The position numbers and the translations under genes are program-made. The notes beneath the pieces were generated by a model. It had not been told where the DNA came from and searched no databases. It saw nothing but the letters and a program-made list of their open reading frames with translations. 64,000 nucleotides of DNA from Histomonas meleagridis 2922-C6/04-290x (lineage: Eukaryota > Protista > Parabasalia), in NCBI GenBank assembly GCA_020184695.1, contig JAANOX010000258.1, forward strand, positions 434,001-498,000, given 5' to 3'. Positions within the stretch are counted from its first letter, which is position 1; each line of letters starts with the position of its first letter. This document shows, in pieces, positions 20,905 to 32,200 of the stretch.

Positions 20905-22746
20905 TTAACTATTGGTTTGATTTCTATAACAAAATATTACAACAAGTTCAATAAAAAGTATTATTAAGAGAGAAATTATTATTGTGATAATTAAAGCTTG
21001 TAATTTATTTGGTTTTTTCTTAATATAAGAAGCTTGATATTTTTTCCCTATATAAATGATTTTATTTGATAAATTATTTGAAAATGCATCTTCATGAATT
21101 TTCTTTATTGAACGAGGAATTTTAATTTCTGTTAAAGGACAACCATGAAATGCATGATTTCCAATAACTTGAATTCCATTACCAAAATGTATTTTTCTTA
21201 AATTAACACATCCCCAAAATGAATTATTTCCAATAATCTGAATTGAATTAGGAAATTTAATCGTTGTCAATTTACGACATTCAAAAAAAGAATAATCCCC
21301 TATAATTTCTACTTGATAACCTAATTGAACAAATTGTAATGAAAAACATTGTAAAAAAGCATATGAAAAAATTATTTTAATAGAATTTGGAATAATAATT
21401 TCCTTTAATTTTTTACATTGATAAAATGCACCTTCACTAATATATTTTATATTTTCACTAATTTTTATTTTCTCTAATTTAATGCAATCAGAAAATACAA
21501 ATGCCCCCATTGAAATTACTGAATTTGGTAATACAATTTTAACCAAGTTTTTACATTCAAAAAATGATTTTTCTCCTATATATGTTACCTTTATTGATAT
21601 TGTTATATTAATTAAATTTTTTGATGAATAAAATGCAAAATCTTCAATTATATTTAAGGAATTAGGACATATAAATATAGAATTATTAAATGAAAGAGGA
21701 CAATAAATAATTGAAGTAATATTTTTATTATAAATAATTCCATCATTATTATAATTTGAATATTTGCAATTTTTCTTTGATATATTTATAAAACTTATCT
21801 CATTGCATTCATAAAATATAAATTTACCCATGAAAATTATTGATTCAGGTATATAAATATATGTTAATTTAACACAAGAATAAAATGCATAATCCCAAAT
21901 TATTTTTAAATCTTTTCCAAGTATTACATTTTCTAAATTTATGCATGAATCAAAGGTATAGTTTCCGATAATATTTACATTTTCTTTAATTGTAACATTT
22001 TTTAAACTTACACAATCTTGAAATACATAATTTCTTATAGTTAATAAATTTCCTTGAATTAAAATTGATTCTAAATTTTCGCAAATTGAAAATGCATAAT
22101 CATCGATTAAACTAATTGAATTTGGTATATTAATATATTTTAAATTTATACATGAATAAAATGTATAATTTTCAATGCTTTTAATATTTCCATATATTTT
22201 TATGCTTTTGATTAAATAACATTCATAAAAACAAAATCCTTCAATTACAGTTGTTGATTTTGGAATTATTATTTCCTTTAATTTTTCACAGGAGCCAAAA
22301 CACATAGTTCCAATTTTTTTAACATTTTCTCCAATTAGAATTTCTTCTAAATTTTGGCACCCTGCAAATGCATAATCTTCTATTTTAATAACTGAATTTG
22401 AAATTTTAACAAAGCTTAATTGAAACCATTCAAAAAATGCCCTTTCTCCAATAATCTTAACATTATTTCCAACATCAAGAAATTTTATATAATTTTTAAT
22501 GTGAAAATATTCTCCAAATTTTATTATTTCTTTATCTTTGATTGTATAGTTAACTTTAAAATGATTACATAAAGAAATGTTAAATAATAACAAAAAGACA
22601 AATATTATTTTTTCTCTTTGATATATTTTACATTTCTTAAATTGAAAATATTCTTTATTCTTGAGAATATATCTTAAAACTCTTCTTATTTGCATAAATT
22701 TTAGATTTAAACTGTGATTAAATATCATTTCAAAAGATGATAACAT
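20905..22746 (-). CDS. BspA-like (TpLRR/LRR_5) leucine-rich-repeat surface protein with C-terminal TM
   Basis: Repeated IxIPxSIxxIxxxAFxxCxxL units, NCKYSNYNNDGIIYNKNITSIIYCP cap motif and a TM segment near the C-terminus. Confidence 0.92.
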   Translation of the reverse strand: MLSSFEMIFNHSLNLKFMQIRRVLRYILKNKEYFQFKKCKIYQREKIIFVFLLLFNISLCNHFKVNYTIKDKEIIKFGEYFHIKNYIKFLDVGNNVKIIGERAFFEWFQLSFVKISNSVIKIEDYAFAGCQNLEEILIGENVKKIGTMCFGSCEKLKEIIIPKSTTVIEGFCFYECYLIKSIKIYGNIKSIENYTFYSCINLKYINIPNSISLIDDYAFSICENLESILIQGNLLTIRNYVFQDCVSLKNVTIKENVNIIGNYTFDSCINLENVILGKDLKIIWDYAFYSCVKLTYIYIPESIIFMGKFIFYECNEISFINISKKNCKYSNYNNDGIIYNKNITSIIYCPLSFNNSIFICPNSLNIIEDFAFYSSKNLINITISIKVTYIGEKSFFECKNLVKIVLPNSVISMGAFVFSDCIKLEKIKISENIKYISEGAFYQCKKLKEIIIPNSIKIIFSYAFLQCFSLQFVQLGYQVEIIGDYSFFECRKLTTIKFPNSIQIIGNNSFWGCVNLRKIHFGNGIQVIGNHAFHGCPLTEIKIPRSIKKIHEDAFSNNLSNKIIYIGKKYQASYIKKKPNKLQALIITIIISLLIILFIELVVIFCYRNQTNS

Positions 22747-22989
22747 TTTTATATTCTCTTATAAAAACATATTTCGATTAAAATTCATGGAATTTCAGAT
22801 AATTACTAAAAAACACAAAATTCATTATTAGAAATAAAAATATTTAATAATTAAAAAAAGAAGATATTAAATGTGTTGATTATAAATATTTGAAAAAAAA
22901 AATTATATTTTTTTCCATTTTTTTAATAATTTAATATTTAAATAATAACAAAAACAAAAAACATTGTGAATTTTCTTATTTGTTTCAAT

Positions 22990-23644
22990 TTATAATCCTT
23001 CTTCTTTAAATGTTTGAAGACCATAAACAAGAAAATCACCTAATGTATTCGGAATGATTGAAAGAATCAAATCAAGATCGAAATCTTTATCTTTTTTCAT
23101 CTTGTTATAAATATAAATCGTTGCATCATATGCTTTTTCCCATTCATCAAAAAGTCCAATAATTTTTCGAATTTCTTCTTGTTTGGATTTTGAATATTTC
23201 ATAAGTTTTTCATCAAGAATATTTCCTTCAATTTTTTCATTACGCTGCTATTGATAATATTAAAAATTTAATATCTTGTGGACACTTTGAAGATAATGTT
23301 AATAAATCAATAACTGATTCATATTTATAACGTTTAAGTGGAGCTAATTCTTTAAATTCTTTAATAATATTTATAACTGTTTCTGTTTTAATAGTGTTAA
23401 GTGAAAGTTGATACATAGAATTAACCATACCTTCAAGATTTGATTCTTTAGGGCGATCAAATAAAATTAAATCAGAAAATTCATCATCTGTGAATCGTTT
23501 CTTTGTTAATTCTGGTGTTCGATTTTTGTTTTGGTTTTAGTTTTTAGAAATATTTGGTGTTAAAAAGATTTGTTTTGATGTAGATGTTTTATTTGAATCT
23601 TTAATTTTCGAATTATTATTTCTTTTCGTTGGTGTTTTACGCAT
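22990..23644 (-). pseudogene. Copy of the 11309-12311 hypothetical gene with an internal deletion
   Basis: Sequence jumps from ...ILSIAA directly to the ...EKIEGNIL region; ~11709-12058 of copy 1 is absent. Confidence 0.75.
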
Positions 23645-23742
23645 TTAAAAAAAAAAAAAAAATTATTAAAGTACGTTAAAAAAAGCATAAATGTCAAATA
23701 TTTTTGAAATAAAATATTATTGCCTAAATCATCATTAAGAAT

Positions 23743-25236
23743 ATGGAAGAAGAAGAAAATCAAGAAAAAATCCCAGGTTATGTTTATGGTTATTTAGAGA
23801 CATTAACAGCACATCTACCAGAAGGTAATGAAGTTGAAATTGAAATAATATTTCGGAAAAAACGACGAAGCATTCCAACGACAAGAACGGGAGATATTTT
23901 TATTATTAATCGTAAAATTCGATTACCAATAAATATTAAAATTCAAAAACATGAAGATAAAATGGAAAATAAAACACTTCAATTTTAAAATAATGAAATT
24001 GAGTTTTTACAAGAAGGAGATCGACGACAATTTGGGTCATTTCAGTATTAATCTTGATAAATATTATCATATTTCTAAGATGGAAATTGAAACGGACTAA
24101 ATTTTAGCGAAAATGAAACGGAAACCAATTTTTCGTTTTTCTCTTGGTATTTATTTTAAGACGGAAGAAGTACCGAAAGAATTAACAACTTTTTCAATCA
24201 CAAAATCACAAGAAATTAAAGAAAATCAAGAAGAAAAAGAAGAAGAAGAAAATCATCTTTTAGAACTTATTGAGAAACCTATTGAAGAAGGGAATCAAGA
24301 AGAGAATAATTATGAAGAGAATATTAAACAAGAAGTTATTTCTATATTATCACAAACATCAGAAGATCCAGAAATTGAAGAAATTCTTTTTCAACATTTT
24401 TATGATATCACGACATCATCTATTGGACGACCAGGTTATCTTTTAGGAGAAGAAATTCTTAAAAAAGGTATTTTTCAACGAGGTGAATACGAAATTAATA
24501 AAATATTTACGATTCTTCAAGATATTTGTTATAGTAATCAAACAGAAGAAAACAGTTTATATTTTTGTATTTCTATTATTACATTTTATCAACGATTATA
24601 TAATAAAATAGATAATAATATATTAAAACGAATTGAAAATCTTTGTCAAGAATCGATTGAAATTTATAGTAATTATATTGTTAATAAAATAAAAGAACTT
24701 TTTTCTTGAAATGTTTAAAATCCAACCAAAAACACAAGAATTTCAACGAATAATTTTAAGTATTAAAAAGATTAAGAATGAATATAAATTTCCATCACTC
24801 CAATTTCTTTGGGAATGTATTATTTGTAATTTTGATTGTTTATTATCTAATTTAATTCTTACAGAAAATCGATTTAATACATTTAGTGAAATCTTAAAAG
24901 CGAATTCTTTGATATCAATACTTTCACAACAAATTCAAGAAGAATTTTTCACGTTTTCAACAAGTATTATTAACAGTTTTAGCACATGAGACGATATTAA
25001 ATGATTTCAACAAAGCGGAAGAACTTGTCCCATTAGTTCCAGCGACATTTATTTATTTTCTTTATTGTTTAATTCGACCAGATGAAAACTTTCGAGAAGA
25101 AATTAATTATGAAAAGATCGAATCATTTGCTAAAGCTAAAAATATTGAATTAAATAATAATATATCAGATAATATTATGTTTAAACCTCCTAAATTTTCT
25201 ATTCCAGATCATTTCGCAGATTTAATGTTTGAATAA
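23743..25236 (+). CDS. Putative NT-type C2 domain protein, copy 2 (frameshifted at different sites from copy 1)
   Basis: ORF pieces 23743-23988, 24113-24709 and 24711-24989 match 9723-11210; TAA at 25234-25236. Confidence 0.5.
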
Positions 25237-25331
25237 ACACTAATATATATTTTAAATATATTTTTCGTGTGAGAGAATTCACTTTGCAGTTCTGACAAAA
25301 AACCGCCACCCGACCAAGTCAGAGATTAAAG

Positions 25332-28300
25332 ATGTCCGAAGAATTTAACTTCCCTAAGTTCTGGAGCAACCTTAACAACCCAGATGATGATTACGCTGTC
25401 ATTGCGCTCAATGACCTTATTAAGTATATGGAAAAAGGTAATAATGCTGAAACCGCTATTCCAATAGATAATCTTGATTTAGTTCTTACAACTATTGTTG
25501 GACGTATCAACGATGAACTTTCAGACATTGTTACACCAACATTTCGAGTTATAACTTTTTTTGCGGAAAAATTACCTATTAGCCATCTTGGTCCTATGTT
25601 TGATTACATATTTGAAGAAATATCGTCAAGTGAGGCCAAAGTTATTCCACAAGTTAACTCAGTTATTCGTGTAATTTTAAATAATTCCATCACTTTTACA
25701 ACAGAACGACAACAAAAGATCATTGAATCCTTATTCCCCAAGCTCGAAATCAATATCAAGCAACTTTCTGATGGTGATTTATTATTTTTATCCATGGATG
25801 TTTTATCAGTGTTAGTCGAAGTTCTTGGATCATTACTAAGTGATGATGAAATTGTCAAAGTTTTTAATTTAATTAAGCTTAAAATTGAGACAGAAAATTC
25901 AGATGTTTTATCATATACTGCATCATTAGCCAAAACATGGACAGTTTATAGTTCACCGCAACAACTTAATGAACTTCTTGAAATAATATTTGACCTTGAT
26001 CAAAAAGCTAACAAAGTTACCTTACTTTCAGCAATGGTTACATATCGACCAATTCTATATCAGGAACATGTCCATCAACTTATAACCACATTCATTCCAG
26101 TTATTCAAGAAGTCGGTGATTATTATTATCAAGAGTCGCAAACTAACGAAGATTTTTCAAGTAGTGAATATTCTCAAATTATCTCATCATTAATTGAATC
26201 GATTGGCTCATTAACAAATACATTTCCAAACATTGCTAAAGAAGACTTAAATGATTTACTTGGAACAGCATTTCAATTTATGGCATATGGAGCAAACACA
26301 GATTATGGTAATGATGAACAAGAAGGCGAAGAAATGGGAATTGAAGATGAATTAGTTGAAGAACTTGATGACCCAGATGATAATGATGCAAATCTTACAG
26401 GCGATGATTCATGGAAGATACGTAAGAGTGCAATTAACTTTTGTAATATTTTAATGCATCAATTCCCAGATGATTTTTATAACACATTAATATATCAAGA
26501 TGACGATGTTAATAACTTTTCAATTATTGATATACTTTTACGTGATGGTGACACAGGTGTACAAAAAGATGCAATAGAGTTCTTAAAGACTTTAACTTTC
26601 CAATATAAAGAAAACTTAGGACAAGATAACTTCGAATATTGGATTAGTACTGTTGTTGCACAAATGAAACCAGAGAAAGAACAAATCATAGAAACAATTC
26701 TTAATGTACTTTCAACAATTATTAAAATCATTGAACCAATTCCAACTTCTTTAGCAGTCACAGCATTAAATTCAATATTCCAAATCATGCAAGAATCATT
26801 TACTATTTCTATATTAAATTTCATAAGTGTAATATTAGAAATAATACAAAATGATAATGAAATTATTGAACCAATTGGTAATATATTAAACAAATTAATT
26901 AATGAAACTAAAGTTATAACACCAACGTTAGGTATTATTTCACGTTTATTTGATTATTCACGTAATAATCTTCAACCGATAATAGAAGAATTAGTACAAA
27001 AAGAAATACAAATGGTATCTGAACCAGGCGAAAAGATGACAAGTTCAATATTATCATTATGTGTATTTATAGTATCATTTCCAAACACAGATTTAGCAAA
27101 GAAATCACTTGAAGAAATTATTAATAAAATAGATAATGAAGCAGCATATAAAGTTATATCATCATCAATATCACTTATTATAGTATCCGAATCTCGAGAC
27201 ATGTTATCACAATATTTACAAAGATTATTTAATGAGTTTTATAATCATTTAACGAGTAAAGATACTACAATAGTATATCGATCATTATGGGCTATAAAAC
27301 TTTTATTAGAATCAGAATTAGGTAATTTTAATGAACAAATTAATGAACAATTTATTTCAAGTTTAATTGAAATTATTACTAATGGAGATAGTGAATGTCA
27401 ACTTTTATCATTAATTATTATGTCAATAATACCTGGAAATCAATTAATATTAAGAGATTTACAAAGGCTTTTACTTACACGACAATTTAATGATGAATAT
27501 ATAAATATAATATTAAAAATCATTTCGAATTGTAGTGAAGAAGAAACACATGAATTCATTCATTCATTTTTAGAAGAAGGTAAACGACTTAATAATCCAC
27601 AACTAAATAAAAACATTTCACGTATAATAGGTAATACAGGTAATGAAGAATTTAGTAATAACTTATTAATACAATTCGAAAACTTAATATTAAATCCACA
27701 AACAATTTCACCTTTAATCATATTATGTATTGGAGAACTTTCGACACATATTAATGTTAGTTCTCATACAGCATTAGTAGACAAAATGTTCGAATTAGCT
27801 ATAAGTTCAGATCGTTCATTATTTACATCTTCATCAGTTTGCATAGGTTTAATGTCAATTGGTTCTACTGAAACTATACTTGAGCGCTTACTTCAAACAG
27901 CTAAAGAAGATAACACGAAGACAGCTTCATGGATATTATCATTATTAACATTTTCTAATCGAATTACATCGAATATTACTGATGAACAAATCAAAGAAAT
28001 CTTTGATTATTTATGTAGTGTTGCAGATTATAACAAAGAAACAGCGTCAACAATATCACAAATATTATCAATATTAATACGACATGATTATAACTTAATT
28101 AATGACTTATTAAATATATCAGCAAATAATGAACTTTCAGGACCAGTTGCATTAAGTTCGATACAATTATATTTAGAAAATGCTGAATCCGAAATCCAAC
28201 TTGATATAATCAACAAAATTATACCATTAATTGATCGAACTAAACCAATATTAACGCAATATATCATTGGCTCATTAAAGATATGTTTAAATAATCCAAA

Positions 28301-28925
28301 CATATGTCAACAAATGATTACTTTCTTTGATAAAGCATGTAGTTGTGTTGAGACATTAGAAGAACATTCATTAAGGACATACTATGGTAACACGGAAATT
28401 ACTAAAGACATTGGATTAGAATTACGTACAAATGCAATTGATTCAGTGATGTTATACTTCAAATACTTAAATGATAACATCGATAAACATTTGTTATTAA
28501 ATACAATTTCAACTGCATTAAGAGATAATAGTAATGATATACAATTACGTGGTTATATATTATTAGCTGATTACGCACAACAATGCGATGACATTGACGA
28601 ATTACAAAACATTGTTCCGGAGGTACTGAGCATGGAGCAGAACACTATGGACAGCACGAAGTCGACGCCGGAGTTAGAAAGAGCGTACCTGAGGGCAATC
28701 GTGTGCCTCCACATGGCAACAGAGAAGCACAAAGTCGCCGAGCTCGAGCAGTGCTACGTAAGGATTAGGACCGACACGCGCGTGAAGAAGATAGAGCTCG
28801 ACCTGACGTCGGTGAACGCAATCGGCGCAAGCGAAGTGAGCGTAGACGTGACAGGAAAGAACTCAGTCAACTATAAACTTATGTTAGAGATGCACCCAGA
28901 GGCGGCAACGATATTCGCAAACTGA
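25332..28925 (+). CDS. CAND1: CAND1/TIP120-like HEAT-repeat protein
   Basis: 1197-aa intact helical-repeat ORF with DDDYAVIALNDL near the N-terminus, an acidic loop followed by DDSWKIRKSA (CAND1 DDxSWKVRRAA), and DIGLELRTNA (CAND1 DDGLDxRKAA). Confidence 0.72.
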   Translation: MSEEFNFPKFWSNLNNPDDDYAVIALNDLIKYMEKGNNAETAIPIDNLDLVLTTIVGRINDELSDIVTPTFRVITFFAEKLPISHLGPMFDYIFEEISSSEAKVIPQVNSVIRVILNNSITFTTERQQKIIESLFPKLEINIKQLSDGDLLFLSMDVLSVLVEVLGSLLSDDEIVKVFNLIKLKIETENSDVLSYTASLAKTWTVYSSPQQLNELLEIIFDLDQKANKVTLLSAMVTYRPILYQEHVHQLITTFIPVIQEVGDYYYQESQTNEDFSSSEYSQIISSLIESIGSLTNTFPNIAKEDLNDLLGTAFQFMAYGANTDYGNDEQEGEEMGIEDELVEELDDPDDNDANLTGDDSWKIRKSAINFCNILMHQFPDDFYNTLIYQDDDVNNFSIIDILLRDGDTGVQKDAIEFLKTLTFQYKENLGQDNFEYWISTVVAQMKPEKEQIIETILNVLSTIIKIIEPIPTSLAVTALNSIFQIMQESFTISILNFISVILEIIQNDNEIIEPIGNILNKLINETKVITPTLGIISRLFDYSRNNLQPIIEELVQKEIQMVSEPGEKMTSSILSLCVFIVSFPNTDLAKKSLEEIINKIDNEAAYKVISSSISLIIVSESRDMLSQYLQRLFNEFYNHLTSKDTTIVYRSLWAIKLLLESELGNFNEQINEQFISSLIEIITNGDSECQLLSLIIMSIIPGNQLILRDLQRLLLTRQFNDEYINIILKIISNCSEEETHEFIHSFLEEGKRLNNPQLNKNISRIIGNTGNEEFSNNLLIQFENLILNPQTISPLIILCIGELSTHINVSSHTALVDKMFELAISSDRSLFTSSSVCIGLMSIGSTETILERLLQTAKEDNTKTASWILSLLTFSNRITSNITDEQIKEIFDYLCSVADYNKETASTISQILSILIRHDYNLINDLLNISANNELSGPVALSSIQLYLENAESEIQLDIINKIIPLIDRTKPILTQYIIGSLKICLNNPNICQQMITFFDKACSCVETLEEHSLRTYYGNTEITKDIGLELRTNAIDSVMLYFKYLNDNIDKHLLLNTISTALRDNSNDIQLRGYILLADYAQQCDDIDELQNIVPEVLSMEQNTMDSTKSTPELERAYLRAIVCLHMATEKHKVAELEQCYVRIRTDTRVKKIELDLTSVNAIGASEVSVDVTGKNSVNYKLMLEMHPEAATIFAN

Positions 28926-29204
28926 TAAATAAAATGCATATTCAAATAATTCGATTTGAAGTGGCGCAATTCAGACATGAGACCTTTTGCGAAGCGAAAT
29001 CTTTGTTCCCACGAACAGACGATTATCAATTTTGATGACTCTTGTCAATGCTCGATTCAATTTGCGGCGAAGCGTGCAAACCCAAATAGTGTCCTATAAG
29101 TGCATAATTTCCGTGCAGCCATAGCACGATTTCGTCACTTTTATGTGAGCTCTCACTTGTATTATCGGTTGACAACTAATATACAAAAATATTTTATTAT
29201 TTAT

Positions 29205-32200
29205 TTAAACATCTGGAATTGAGGTCATCGATGCTTTGCTCATTTTCTTTTTCACTACTATAATAGACACAACAACAATTGCTGCCACACCAGCAACAAC
29301 GCCAATTGCAATGCCGGCAATTGCGCCGCTGCCCAACGAATTGGAATTTTCGCCATTTGAGTCGCTGTTCGAATTGTCAAAGTCGTGCGTTGTGTCTTCA
29401 GACGGAGTGTCGACTTCGGACGTAGTGTCTGAAGCTACAGCAGTATCTGTGTGTGAAACATCTGATGTAATCTTTGCTTCAGATGAAGTATCTGCCGCTT
29501 CTTCAGATGTAATCTTCGTTTCTTCAGAAGAAATTTCTGTTGAAGTTATAATTGTCACCTCTTCAGATGTAATCTGTGTCTCTTCGCTTGAAACTTCAGA
29601 AGATGTGTCTGATGTAATATCTGAAGAAATATCTGATGTAATCTTAGCTTCTTCAGAAGAAGTGCCTGTCGCTTCTTCAGTGGTAATTTGTGTCTCTTCA
29701 CTTGAAACTTCAGAAGAAATATCTGATGAAGTTACAACTGTCATTTCTTCAGATGTAGTTTGTGTCTCTTCACTTGAAACTTCAGAAGAAATATCTGATG
29801 AAGTTACAACTGTCATTTCTTCAGATGTAGTTTGTGTCTCTTCACTTGAAACTTCAGAAGAAATATCTGATGAAGTTACAACTGTCATTTCTTCAGATGT
29901 AGTTTGTGTCTCTTCACTTGAAACTTCAGAAGATGTACTTGTTTCTACTTCGGAAGTAATCGTTGTTTCTTCAGAAGTAGTAATATCTGATGTAGTAGAA
30001 GTTTCTTCTTCAGATTCAGTTGTTGTTTGAGATGATTCCTCATGTGTCGATTCAGAAGTCACATCTGTTTCTTCTTGAGATGTAGTTTGTGTTTCCTCAC
30101 TTGAAACATCTGAAGATGTTGCAGCTTCCTCGGAAGTAGTTTCTGTTTGTGTTGTTTCGCTTTCTTTTTCAGATGTTTCTGTTGTTGTTTCAGTTGTTTC
30201 AGGTTCAGGCTCAGGTGGGACAACAGTACCTTCGCCAAGTAACTCTACTTCGTCGTCAGCGATGAAACCAGCGATTCCAACTTCTCCTTTGAAGTCTGTG
30301 ATCTTTAACACGTGTTCTTTCTCTTTATCGATGCGATTTTTGACAAATAGCACAGTCATGTACAAACGCGTGTACTTACCGTTAACTCTTGATTGCTTTT
30401 GCGCTTCCGATAATTTGCTTGTATCGAATTTACCTATTTCTTGATCATCTAAATATACTTTAGCATTTCCACCAAATTCATAAAGATCGCCGATGATTCC
30501 AATGTTACTTGTTTTAGTAAATTTGAATGATATTTCTCCTTTGTCTTTAGCGATGTAACCTTTACCATTATAATATATACCAGCACGCTGTACATATAAA
30601 TCTTTGATATTTATTTTAGAGTGTGTAATTGGTATAATATGATCACAAAGTGCACTTTGTTTAAATTCTATCTTACGTATTGATGTACCACCTGCATTAC
30701 CATTCAGCCATTTTTCGGTATTATTATATGTAATCCATTGAAGTTTCGAACATGTATATGATTGATCGAATTTAATTTGATCATCCATTGAGTAATAATG
30801 TCCAAAATATATTTGAGAATTATCACAACGTAATTCGATTGTTGAATTCATTTTGAAATTTCCTTGGTTTGTACCTAATACGATTTCATTAAATGATATT
30901 GTTCCATTAAAATCAATTTCGAATTCTTGTGGGAATGGAATTTCTGTAACTGCACGTGTACGACACTGATCGCATTTTCCTCCATTTACTGATTTATTAA
31001 TGTTTTCTCCATTTAATAATTTCGGATATTTAGAAAATGTGAAATTATCTGGCAATGGGACTACACCATTAGTACCTTTGTAACCAAAGTTCCATTTAAA
31101 TGTTGGAATATTTGGAACAAAATCAATAATATCTTTCGATGAATAACCATTAAGTATTAACATATCTTTTGATATTTCATTAACATTATCAGTAAGGAAT
31201 TTACCAGTGGAATCTTTAATACGATATCCAACACTTCCTCCTCCATCACCGTTTTGGTTTTGCATTACAAATTGATAATAATATTCTTTACCTTTCTCAA
31301 GTGGTACATCACTAGAGGGACAATTCTTATCATAATTAGTATGCCACTGATTCAAGCTTAATACTTTATATTGTTCATCATCAGTTGGATTACCGCTAAG
31401 TTCATTTTCACTAATGTAAAATGCTGCTTCTTCATCATGTTTCATATAAAATACATATGTACCACTCTGAGGTGGAACAAACTTACCTTTGTTAATGCAT
31501 AACCATGGGAGTTTAGAAGTTTCTTTTATGTTATTAATTACAATTCCCTCTGTTGCATAAGTTGATGAAGGTTCTTTGCCTTGGATAGTACTGAATGTCT
31601 TTGATAAATCATTAGCTGTAAATGAAACTTTATGATATTCGAGTGTTTCACCATATTGTACTACTGGTTGTATTTTGACAACACAAATTGTTTCTTCTTT
31701 ATTCTCTTTATCACGATATACTACATAAAACTTATTAAGTAATTTATCTTTTGGTGTATAATCATAAGTGCCTTCTTCAACTTCTGTAAATGTAGCATTT
31801 TCACCTCCATAATATTTAACAAATTCAAAGTCGTGCATTCCATATTTAGCTCTTGTTAACATATCGCGAATAAAGTATAATCGAGTTGTATGGCCGGCTG
31901 GTACTTGATATGGTCTTGCTGTTTCTGTTTCGACACCATCAATTAGGTAACCACATTGGTACACAAGTGCAACTGGATGAAATTCTTTGTAATTTTGTTT
32001 TTTAAGTTCTTCAATTGCTTCTGGCTTATATATACTTGTATCCTCAATTTTTGCTCTTGGTATCTTATCTGCATAAGATGTGAAATAAGGAATTAAATTT
32101 CTTTGAAGTACTTTACATGCAGTAAAGAAATATCTTGCAGGTCTTGTATATGAAGATGGATCGTTGTCTTTGTATGTGTAATAAGTATTATATCTGGAAG

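Larger units (their letters stand above)
22534..25260 (-). repeat. Inverted duplication arm B' (partner ~9700-12762)
   Basis: Reverse complement of arm B with a ~350-nt internal deletion at ~23240. Confidence 0.92.

Noticed and set aside
29236-30030. 264-aa plus-strand ORF
   Set aside because: Antisense shadow of the S/T/E-rich stalk of the M60-like gene.
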